A stretch of DNA of 64,000 bases from Protoeuglena noctilucae (lineage: Eukaryota). The translations under genes and the position numbers were made by a program. Shown piece after piece: positions 1 to 11,764 of this stretch. The notes under the pieces were generated by a model. It ran no database searches. It had not been told where the DNA came from and saw only the letters and a program-made list of their open reading frames with translations. The stretch's first letter is position 1. Each line of letters begins with the position of its first letter. The DNA is taken from NCBI GenBank assembly GCA_958009085.1, contig OY253690.1, forward strand, positions 124,001 to 188,000, written 5' to 3'.

Positions 1-3000
1 GCGGGACGGCGACGACGATAGCACAGACGACCACGACCCTTCCCCACGCAACGCCGACGGCCGCAGCAGCTCCGGGGCCAGCAAAAGGTCCGCCGGGTCG
101 CGGTACTCCGCCCCGGGATTCGATCCGCGACCGCTCGGGGTGCCGGGGGAAACGGGGGGAGGTGCACCAGCGGGTGCGCCGGAACGTGCTGTGGCTGCAC
201 CGGAACGTGCTGTGAGCGAGTGGGGGCGCGTGGGGGTGACACGTGCTTCGGAGGATCTCAGAGAGAGACTTTGCAGATCTGTGCGATGACGATCGCGGTC
301 GTTTGCGGTGGTCCGTCGCAGCTGCATGCGCGCTGCTTGCGCTTGGGCCGCGTAGGTGAGACGTCGGTACAGAGCCATTCCCCACGGCAGTCCGATCTCT
401 TTCATCTGATTGAGGACTTGGCCGGTCAGGAGCAGGGAGATGATCTGGGTCTGTGGGGGAGGGGGAAGGGGGGGTGGGGGTTGAGTAGGTGGGGGGAGAG
501 TAACTGTGTAGTGAGGAGCAGGGAGATGATCATTGGCACCAGTCGATTATACAGTACTATTTACAGTGACCTAGTGCGCTACGCTCCACCACCAACACAG
601 CCACCCAACCCCCCGTCCCCACCCCCATCCCCCTCCCCCTCCCCAATGACCCTCTCTCGCCTGCAGCTGCGCCCAGTCCTTTCGTATGAACGCGATGTAG
701 AAGAGCGATATATTGGCGTTGAAGGTGAAGAACACGAACAGCCGCGTGGCCATGGCGTTGGTGAGGGAAGTGTCAGTGCGGTGCATCTCCCAGTCAGCAA
801 GGCGGGACGAGGCCCAGACGTACGCGGACTGCGATTGGAAATGGGTTACAAATCATGAATATATGTAATGTAATATATGATATTATAGTATTTATGATAT
901 GTTGCATCTCCCAGTCGGCAAGGCGGGACGAGGCCCAGACGTACGCGGACTGCGAGTTGTATGAAAAGAGGGATATGTTTTCAGTAAACATGTAGATATA
1001 GATATGTTATACATACAGACATATGCGATGGGACGAGGCCCAGACGTACGCCGACTGAGACGCAACAAGGTGACGGTGGACGAGATGCACCTGTACTACT
1101 ATCAGATACGAATCACATTGTCGTTATGAGTATTCTGAATCCAAAGCACATGTTCACCTGCGATACCGGGATGATAAGCCCGTTCAGCACCCCCGTCACG
1201 GTGCATGCGATGCAGCTATGCTACTGTTTCACCGATACTAATATTAAAACTACTATTGCTCAATATAAATCATATTCACCTGCGACACGGGTATGATGAG
1301 CCCGTTCAGCACCCCCGTGACCGTGGATGCGATGCGGGCGGCAGTGGCGGTGGTGACGGACCCGGGGGACCACAGAGTGGCGCCGAACAGGGAGCCGTCT
1401 CGCAAGTTGCTCTCGATCGTCTGCGTTGATTAGGGAGAGATAATGGTTAAGTGTTTGTTACTTTATCTATAAAGTTGCTCTCGATGGTCTGCGAATAGTT
1501 AGCCACGGCTGTTACCGCCGCCACTCAATCATTAACTCTGATCAAAGTACTTTAACTCAGTGTAACCACTATTCCTCGCCTGCAGCAGTATCATGATCCC
1601 CAGCGACGCGAGGCAGGACACGGCCAGCAGCGCCACGGATGCACTGGCACGCAATGTGCGCTGGAATGATGGGATGTAGTAGACGTCGCCATATGCGGCG
1701 AGGTCGGCCCTGCATGTGATAGGGGTGTGGTTATTAGTATTAATAGTGTGTTTTGTTAATATTGGCAGTCGTATACTAGTAATTAAAACGATAAACCCCA
1801 CTCCCACCAACAACCCCCCCTTCACTGGGGACTCCCCATACACACCTGATCTGCCTCTCCCTCGCCACCGCGTCCCTCCCCTTCATGTTCAGATTCAAAG
1901 CCTCGAACATCCACGCCATCACGCGGCGCTGCTTTCTGGCGTCCGCGCTGCTCAGCTGATCATCAATGCGAGCCACGAACTCTGGCCGCACCGATTGGGA
2001 GAGGGATTCCGAGGAGGGGCCCTGCTCCTGCGAGGATGGTAAGGGGGCAGGGGATATTGTTGGTATCTATAGTTTCACTGTTGATATGTATTATTGGGTT
2101 CTTGCTGTACCTCTTTCGAACATAGCAGTGGAGACGAACTGGGACCCTCATACATACCGAATAGCAATACTAACAATTATTGTTATAGTCATAATAACAA
2201 CAGTAAAAATAAACTCTTAACTCGCCTCCAGTCCGTTCTTCCATAAATATGCGTACCGCGCCTCCTGGGACCCCCACTGCGCCACCAGCCACACCGACCA
2301 CAGTGCCACGAACGCCGCAAATAATACCACCAAATACGTGTATCGGAAATCGAACCCCGATGATCCCCGCAAATCCACCACGTTCACCAGCACCGCCACC
2401 GCAAGGCCCAGCACTGTAGGGGAGGGAGTTGGGGAGTTAGTTGTTAGTAAATATGAATTGGTCATATGAATATGAATGCACTGCGGGGGTGTGTGTTAGG
2501 GGGGCTGATTGTCAGTAGTTAATATAAATGGATACCATGATATGATATGACTATACATTTACGTTTACCAGTATACTTCCATTCCACAAACAAGTACAGT
2601 ATCACTACACCCCCCCCCCCCTCCCAACACAACTATTACTCACCCGACGGCACAATGAGGCTCCTGGTTATAATAAATAATATAATTATATAATCATAAC
2701 CACAAACATCAACCCCCCAATCCACCCCTCACCCGAGGGCACGATGAGGCTACTAGCAAAACTATAACAATGCAGTAATCCTACTTAATTATCGAAAATA
2801 AGACTACAATTACTGATCGCTACTCACCCGAGGGCACGATGAGGCTCCTTGTGTAAGATTGCAGAAACGCAAAGTACAGCCCCCTCTCGTGCCCGAAATA
2901 GTCCATGACCTTCTGCAGAGGCTGACTTAACCATAAGTGGGGCTTGCACCAGAACCACGGGTCGTGGGTCCATGGGAAGGCCCATTCGCGGTTTAACTCG

Positions 3001-6000
3001 CTCAGTCCGGTGGGCTGAAGGGTGCGCACAACGTCCTTGGCCAGGCGGCCGGCCACCAGGGCTCTGAGTTACAAAAGGAGAGTCAGTGATTGCATTAAAG
3101 AATAATGGTTTTAAATTTTATCATGTGACTGTGTCTGTGTGTACCCCCAGTATTAATATGTCAGTAGCTCAATCATGCAGTGTGTCCCCTACCCCCAATC
3201 AACCCCCTCACCTCAAAAACACCTCCGCACCCCCATTCGCGTAGTCCACGCGGCCGTTGCGATCCATCGATTTCGCAGCTTTGGCCTCCAGCAGCGAATC
3301 CATGACTGCCAGCTTCTCGCTGTAACCGAAAGCGTCGTTGGGCTCCACCGACTGATACGGACCCACAAAGTACCTGGGGGGTGGGTAGAGTAGTATGTGG
3401 ATACTAGATGTAAGTATAGGGTTAGGTAAGTATAGCGAGAGGGTTTGTAACTTTTGATATCCACGATGTATAGAATATGGCTACACACATGTAAAGGACC
3501 GGTTATCGTTACTGCATCCGCGCACCACGCACAGTGCTATCCACTCTGATATGCGTTGTCGATAATAACATAATTGTATATCCTCCCACCCCATATCTCC
3601 CACACACCTCGGATACGGGTACGCCGTCCCCGCACACGCTTACCGTGCACATTGTTACATCACTAATTGTAATGTTATATGCTATATAACATTCCAACAT
3701 AACATCACAACATAACAACACATCCCTCCCATCCCCCATATCCCCCACACACCTCGGGTAAGGGTACGCCCTCCCCGGCCCGTCCACGTGGAACGCCAGC
3801 AGCGGGGCGTTTCTGACGAACTGCCCGCGCTTGAAACCGGCGGCGAAGGCCCCCTTGCGGGGATCGGGCCTTATCAGCGTGTGAAACCCCATCTTCTCTG
3901 CGTATAAGCCCAGTCTGTGTAATGGGCATCCGATGAACATCACGCGGCGGTGGAGGTGCGATAGGGGGACGCCGGCGAATGCCAAGAGGGGCTCGGGGAT
4001 GACTGGAGATCTGTGAAAGGGGAAGGGGTGGGGGGAGTTAGTGAATGGGTGAGAGGGGTAAGTGAGGGTGAGTGGGGTGGGGTGGGTGGGGTGAGAATGA
4101 GGGAGTATAAGTGAGTGGAGTGAGTATGGGCATCAGTTGGTGCTAAACCCATGCACACTACTAATGCAAATCCTACATTACATACTATTGATATACACCA
4201 TCCACCCACTCTCACCTCCTCTGCATGACCTGATCGGCGAACTCCCTCATCTCCCCCAAAACGGCGTCAAACGCACGCTCAAACTTCTCCACCACCGTGT
4301 AACCCATACCCACTCCGTAGGGCGAGTGGCGAGTGTCGTCATCGTTATCGTCGTTATCGCCATTATCATCGTTATTATAGCCCCTATCGCGACCTCGCTC
4401 CTTGCTGTTACCGCCCGCATTGCCACCCCCACCCGCACCCGCACCCTCATTGCCACCCGCCCCCGCACTTGCACTCCCACTGGCAGTTTCGCCGGCATCC
4501 CCGCCCGCATTGGCCGGCGCGACGCGGGGGTGGGGGCGGCGGCGGAGCTGCGGTGGTCAGCAAGGGGCGGGCAAGGTTAGTGCAGTCATCGCGTGAGAGA
4601 ATATTAATCGATGAATAAAATTGATCCAAATCTTGATGTCGGTATCGTTGGATTGATCGAATGTGATGAAAGACATAAACATGTACCAACATCGCCCCTC
4701 GCCTTGATCCCCCACCCCTCCTCCTGGGAGGCCTGCGCCTGCCGGGGCGCCAGTGCCTGAAACGGGGAACAAGGAATGGTAATATTATATTACGACTGCG
4801 ATCCCAGGGCGCTCAGCAGTCAGCGAACCTCAACAACCGTTTTTATAATATCATATATCATATAAAACATATACATTCGACTACACTCGCCTTGCTGACG
4901 GCCTCCCGCGCCCTCGCATCCATCATCGGCCTCTCCACCCTCTCCACCGCCACCATCCCCGCCCTCTGCAGCGAGTGCTTTAACGCGGCACGGGCGTGGG
5001 TGAGCAGACCGTAGCCCAGGAAGCACAGCCAGTCGTCGAGGATGAGAGCTTGGGAGGGAAGAAGGAGACGGGATAATAATTATAGTACTAATAGTGATAA
5101 TGATAACACAGCACGGGCGTGGGTCATCATCCCATTGCCCAGGAAACACAGCCAGTCGTCCAATATTAGAGCTGGGGGTGGGGGGAGGGAGGGGAGAACT
5201 GTAATAATCAGATAATATCGCGGATGGTCCAGCACCTCCGCTGCTGCGCGAGTGGAGAGAGCAATAGTGCTATTTGGTTGGTTTAAGTAAATAAGTAATA
5301 AATCAATAAATCAACACTGACCTGGTTTGATCCCGAACCCCCACGCCTCCCTCCTGACCTCCTTGTCGTCATAATCACCCATCTATCATAGTAGTATACA
5401 TATATACATACATACACAACCCACCTGGTTTGATCCCGAACCCCAACGCCTCCCTCCGCACTTCCTTGTCATCGTAGCCACACCCATCTTACATAGAAAT
5501 AAACGCATATCCATGTACCCAACCCAACACTGCTCACCTGGCTTGATCCCGAACCCCCATGCTTCTCTTCTGACCTCCTTGTCGTCATAAAACTCCTTCA
5601 CCGTGGCCAAATCCCCGTGAAGCACGTGGACCAGATGGGAGAGGCGGCTGGCGTACGCCTGGGGAGGTGGGTTAATGCTCGTTATCATTACAATCATAAT
5701 CAACAGTTAAAGTCCTCACCCTCGCTGTTTCTGTTATTATCACCTCATACTCCATCCACATCTCAAATGCAAATCATAGACTTACATAGTACTAGTAACA
5801 TAGTATAAGTAACACAGATGGCATTGGTGCTATAAGCATAACCACTCGCCTTGTTCTGCATCGGCAGCGCCGTTATCGTCGCCACGCACACCCCCCCTCC
5901 CTCGTCACCCCCCTCCCCCCCCTTAATCGCTCGTTTCTCGATCTCGCTGCATGGCGCTGGTATGTGCAATACCACCAACATGTCCGATGGCTCATTGGGG

Positions 6001-9000
6001 TCTCCCGTGTCGCTCGTGTACCCCATCCCGTTGCCCACCAGGCGCTCGCTGAACTCGTGCTCCAGCGTGCGCATCTGCGATTGGTATTACCTCCAAATCT
6101 GTACATGTATGGATCAATATGCAATATACAACTGTTGGTATCTCTACTACTTAACTCAACCTTCCCATCCAACACAACACCCCCGCTTACCACCCCATCA
6201 TCTTCCCGTATGTTCTCTATAAGTCACAATTACCATTAATAACACCCTCACAACAACACTCAATTATACGTTATACTTAAAGTCACTCGCCTTGTACGGG
6301 TCCCCCCCCCTCTTGATCTCCCCGTCCCCCCACCCCATCGCTGGCAATGTCGTCTCCATTACCACATCTGGATTGGTATCGGTCGAAAAAAGACGAGACG
6401 AATGCATAGAGTCGGTGTCGGGTGCATGGCTGGGGTGGCGGGCGGAGTGGGGGTGGCGGCGGGGGTGGGCTGGGGGTGGGGGAGGGAGAGTGCGGGGTGA
6501 GGAATGGTGGAGTGGGTATACATGCAAAGTATACTGGTTTGTATGTCAATCTGTTTATTTGTACTTATGTACACACATGTATAATTGTATAATGATACAA
6601 ATAGTGTTTGTGACACTAGTAATACAAATATATGTAAGACAGTCTCGCCTTGCTTGGTCCTCCTCTCCTCGATGCGGATGCGGACCAGCAGCACGATGTC
6701 CTCCTCGGCTATCTGAGAATGGATAGAGTGACATAGAATTTGAATAGGGAATAAAGCGTGAATGGATGACAGTAATTAGTTTATTGTAAAGTAGTTTATT
6801 GTAAACATGGCAAGTACGCTACACCACCCCATAATAAGCAACAACATACGCCCCCCCGCTCATCCGATTCAAACTCACCAGCCCCCCGTGCCCCTCCTCA
6901 AACAGCGGCAGGTTGAGCCAGGCCGGGTGTGTTTCGTAATCCATCACCGTCGCACGCACACGCAACAACCTCCCCGTATCCTCCGGACCACTCGCGCTCC
7001 CCGCGTGATCCACAGCTCCCTTCTTATGACTAGTAGTAGTATTGCCAGTTTTCGTCCCTTTGTTGCCGGCCCTGGGCTTGGCCCCGCCCAGCCCCCACGC
7101 CCCGACCGCCCCCCTCCGCTCCCCCGCTCCCCGCCCCACCGCCCCCGGCCCCAGCCACTCCGCCGGGAGCTTCTCCGGCGCTTCGTGCGCCAGCCACGCC
7201 ATCTCGCGCTCAATTGCGTGCGCCGCCGCGTTCAGCAGCTGTGGCACGCATCCGGGCCGCAGGTCCCAGGCGGCCCGGCGGGGGGGCGTGGGGTCGCGGG
7301 TTCGAACCCCGCCCGCGTCTCCCGGCGCCTTTGCGCCCCCCACGTCCCCCGGGACGTTGCGGGAGGCGAGGTTGGCCTCGTATCGCAACGCCTGCAGACG
7401 GGCGAAGTAGTCCAACAACACGCGCCGGTCCTTGAAGTAGCGGGGACTGAGGGAATGAAAGGGGAATCAATGTTAAAATAATGGTGAGAGAGGGGTGAGT
7501 GGGTGCATAGTATGCGTGCATGCATGCACGCTTTGATTGTGCAGTGAGCAATCGCCTGTATGACGGCTGACAATAACTAGTGAAATCAAACAAACATGCA
7601 AAGATGCGCATTAGTCACTTATTATTGCAATGATATGACTTCCTCTCTCACCTGTAGGGCCCCCACGGCTCGTCCCCCATCGCCGCCCCCCCACCCTCGC
7701 CCCCGCCCGCATCGGCATCCGATCCGCCGTCGTCATCCTCATAGAGCCGACTGACTGCGGGAAGAGGGAGAATGGAAGTATGTGTAAACAACAGCTCGCA
7801 CATCACCATCGACACTTACTCGTCGTGACGTCGATCGCCGTGCACACCGCCACCGGTACCCACACATCACCATCTACGCCCACACATCACCCTCTATAGT
7901 ATACTACCGTATATCACCCATAACTCACGTCTCCTCGCTCTCGACAGGTCCGCCCTGTCCGGATCGGTCACAAGCGGCGTGACGTCGATCGCCGTGCACA
8001 CCGCCAGCCCCGTCGGCTGCGGGGGCAGCACCTCTGCCAGAAACGACTTGGCCGGGTCTTTCCGTCTGTCTGACATGCGGGGGCTCAGGAAGTGAGCGGC
8101 GGAGGTGAGCCAGGTACGGGTGGTGCGAGTGGCTGCGGCGGTGGTGGTGGTGGTGGTGGCGGTGTTGGATCGCCAGGCTTTGTCGAAGCCACGGGGGAGG
8201 CTGGGGGTGGAAGGGGGAGAGGGGAGCTGGTGTTGTGAATGCATCACATTAGTCATATGTGCATGCTAGGTACTGGAACTACTAATTGTTGGTAGTTCCA
8301 AGCAACACCATCGACATGCTCAAGGGAACGCGTAGGGCATGCTATATATTAGTAACTATCATTAATACCAAACTTCTCACCGGTACGCGTAGAGCATGCT
8401 GTACACTTTGGCGAAGGCGATGCTCAGCGCCACGCGTGCGCAGGTGAGGGGGCGGGCCAGGCCCCTGGGGGGGGAGGGAAGGGGAGAGGGAGTGAGCGAG
8501 TAAGAGGGCAATGAAGTGAGTGAGGGAATGAGTGAGTGAGTGAGTGACAGAAACTTACACAGAGAATTAGTGTAAGTCGTGAGTAACGCTGTCCCCTCAT
8601 CACCTGACGGTGCCGGGCGCGTCTGATAGCTAGTAACTATGATAACAATCTAAACCGGTAACTAGTTAACGATCATTACATATGCTCTGATCATCATAAT
8701 TCGCCCATTGTCACCTGACCGTGCCGGGCGCGTCGTCTGGGAACATCCCCATCAAGCACGCCAGGCGAGCCATCTCCCTGTGAATAAGAGTCAGGGAGTG
8801 AGTGAGAGTAAGAGATAAAAGAGCGAGAGAGAGGAGAGAGGCAGGCGAGAGCGAATGCACCCCTGTTACCCCTCACTGCTACCACCACCCCACACACCTC
8901 ACTGCTACATCACCACCCCACCCCACCCCTCACTCGCACCACCAACCCCATTCAAATCACCCCCCAGCCTCACCACCCCACCCTCACCTGGGGCTCCTCG

Positions 9001-10515
9001 GCACCGGGATCGTATCGGGATGCGGCCTTGTTCGAAAATACACCGTGTAAGGATATGTCGACACCCTCGCAGCACGAATCTCCTCACCCACCCTCCCACC
9101 CACGCCCAGGCCCACGCCACTCACCCCACCCACGCCCACACCACCCATGCCGCCCACGCTTGCACCCACCCCCGCCCCCGCCTGTCCCGCCGCACCGGCA
9201 CCCGACCCCCCCATCCGATACAGCACGATTTGCACTTGGAATATGACACGTGGATTGGAAGTCTTGTTGCGTTGGGATCCCCTGTGTAGGACCAGCTCTA
9301 GCAATGCCTGGGTGTCGAGGTCGAGCTCGTTGTCAGTACCCGAGTCCCCTGTGCCGTAGGGGGTGTGGCTGCGGGCGAAGGGGTGGGATGGGGTCAGAGT
9401 TATTCAAGTGGGTGAAAGAGATGTGCGCGATGGGATACCATGCAGTCTGTGCCGTACGGGGTGTGGCTGCGGATGGGGGGTGGGGGGGTTGCAAGTGGTA
9501 ATCAGGAGACGGTGGCATTGAGTGAGCGATGCGTGCATCCTGCTTACTGTACCACTGTGATTAACTCACCGCACGAGGTCCGCCACCAAAGGATCTGCCG
9601 TGACGTCGACCTCTGCCGTGACCATGCACTGCTGCCCCATAGACACCAAATCGTCGTCCGTCAGCTCGCCCAGGCGGTCGCCCAGCAAGAGGCAGTCCAT
9701 GGACGTGCGCTGGGGGGAGAAAAGGGGGAGAGGGTAAGGGTTCGAGTCTTGCCCTGTATGTCACTCTTGCGGACCATCACACTCCCACCGCCCTCCCATC
9801 CCCAGGCAACCACCCCACCCCATGCAGCAACCACCCCACCCTACCCATCCATCCTCGCCTGTATGTCCTTCAACCGCCTCTCGAGCAGCCCATGGGCGTC
9901 GCTCCGAATCTTGACCAGCTCAGGGTCGTGGGCCGACCCCACGCCGCGCCTCCGCATCCGCTCGGCTGCCCGGTGCAGCGCGCCGTACCACTGCCCCGCC
10001 ATCTCCCGCTGCAGGCTCCGCGGCACGAGCTTGGGGAGCTGTCCCTCGAACCACGCCCTCTCCATCTCACATCGCGCGTCACGCCAGGCCTGCTGGATAC
10101 GGCGACGCACGCCGTCCGCGGAGGGACGCGGCGAGACCCCGCGGACGCACGAGTCCTCGGAAGCCAGGACGTCGAGGCCGAACCGGAAGATGTGAGGGAT
10201 GTGGCCGTCCTTGATCCTCACCACGCGCGTGCCGCTGCAGGAGCTTGGGGAGGAGATTCACGCGCGCAGGAGTTGTGCAGTCGCGGCGCGACGGCATACT
10301 ACCGCGCTCCTCCGCCACTCATATCCGAGCGCGGGACCAATCGCATCGCGACGCGAGCAAACAGCGTCGCTTCATGCGCAGGTCGAAGCACACGACCTCT
10401 CGCATCGCGACGCGAGGTCGGAGAGTCACCGCGTGAGGCGCCGGAACTGCGTATGATTCCTCACGCACCCGCGGTGGGAGCTGCTGCTGCTCCCGTCGTC
10501 CTGGGGCTTCGTCAT
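1..10515 (-). CDS. Anoctamin/TMEM16-like (Ca2+-activated channel/scramblase) multi-exon gene with a long N-terminal region; 3' end lies beyond the window
   Basis: Spliced exons encode anoctamin-type motifs: SQPLQKVMDYFGHERGLYFAFLQSYT (~2850-2930), WEMHRTDTSLTNAMATRLFVFFTFNANISLFYIAF (~685-795) and TQIISLLLTGQVLNQMKEIGLPW (~380-450), plus hydrophobic TM exons. Upstream exons (3200-10500) are on the same strand and linked by splice sites. The start at 10515 (MTKPQDDG) and the single-gene interpretation are tentative. Confidence 0.8.
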
Positions 10516-10949
10516 GGCGTCGACCTGCCCGCATGCGCCTCCACACGGGCCATGGGCGGGGTATCGGCGGGCCGGGATGCACTAGAAGGCACGCGCGGAA
10601 TAGAATAAAAACCAGCTAGTACCGCAAAAGCTCTTTCCTAGCTCCCCTCAAGCACCAGCGCAGGGGGAGGGATGTGCACGTGTCCCGAGAGCTCTAAAAC
10701 CTCCCTAAGCCCTTCTGCCCAGCAGCTACAGCCGGTTTTCTATCGCGCCAGCATTGCGACGCCCCCATCTGCGCGCCCGTGCCACCGCAAGCCCCTGAGC
10801 TCGCCGCCAGTCAGAGTGCCACTTCGGGCTCTCCGCGCCCAAAGCGCGAGTTCGTCCACGGCGTCCCGCATCGCTCGCATCTTGCGTACAACTCCCGATC
10901 GGTACCGCTGCGCGACGCTCATCCGCCTCCCCTAGGTCGCGAGGGCTCC

Positions 10950-11566
10950 ATGAACGCCACCGCGAGGCCGGCCTGCGCCCCGGTGCGCGCGAGCTCGGCG
11001 GTGCTGCCGAGGAGGGGTCCAGTGGCGCGGAGGCTCGTTCTCGCGCGGAGCAGCGACCGCGGCCCGGGTTTCACGACCGGCTTCGTCATCGGAGGCATCC
11101 TCTTTGGGGCCATCGGGGTGATCTTCGCGCCGCAGGTGACGCTCCGCTGGCGCGCCGACCTCGCTTCTGACGCTTGCCTGCTCGCGGATGCAAGCGCGCA
11201 CGCGGGAAGACGCCCGCGGCGCAGGCATCGCGTCCGACGCGCCGCCGTGGCTTCGCGCGCAGATTTCCAAGGCGATTCTCGGGGATGACGACCGTCTGCG
11301 GCTTCCGCGCTTCCTTGACGACGAGAACAACAGGGATCTCGAGGTGACGGGCCGGGGACGCGTCCTGCCCGGCGTTTGGCCCCTGCTTTGACGCGCTCCT
11401 GCTTTCCGGGGACCCAGCGCGCCCGCCCCGCCTCCCCCCTTCGCAGGTGACCCGGGAATCGCTCACGTCCAAGATTTCCCAGCTGAACGCCGCGATTGAC
11501 GACGTCTCGAGCCAGCTGCGCGCCAGCCAGAAGGCCGCCGAGGACATGCGCCAGTCCCAGGCCTAA
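10950..11566 (+). CDS. Small plastid-targeted membrane protein, LCI2/At1g42960 (YtxH-like) type
   Basis: Exons 10950-11135, 11263-11343 and 11447-11566 with GT-AG introns. The product has an Arg/Ala/Ser-rich transit-like N-terminus, GFTTGFVIGGILFGAIGVIFAPQIS, and a C-terminal LTSKISQLNAAIDDVSSQL coiled coil. Confidence 0.8.
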
Positions 11567-11764
11567 TGCTTCGCGTGTCTTCGTGCGACCGCCTGTTCCG
11601 GCACCGCTGCGGGCCCTGACGCTGCGCCGCCTTGCGACGGTAGCATCGCGGCCCGGCACGCGCGCGCCGCCGGCCCGGCAGCTCGCATTCCCTTGCTTGC
11701 CTCGTCCACACACACACCCGCTTCAAATCCGCCTCGAACGGCGGCGTCCAAGCCCATCAACTTG

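Noticed and set aside
5310..5600. Echoes as classical mutually exclusive exons
   Set aside because: The echoes carry only one splice site and a truncated exon part, without a consistent in-frame partner site. Not fully excluded without RNA data.
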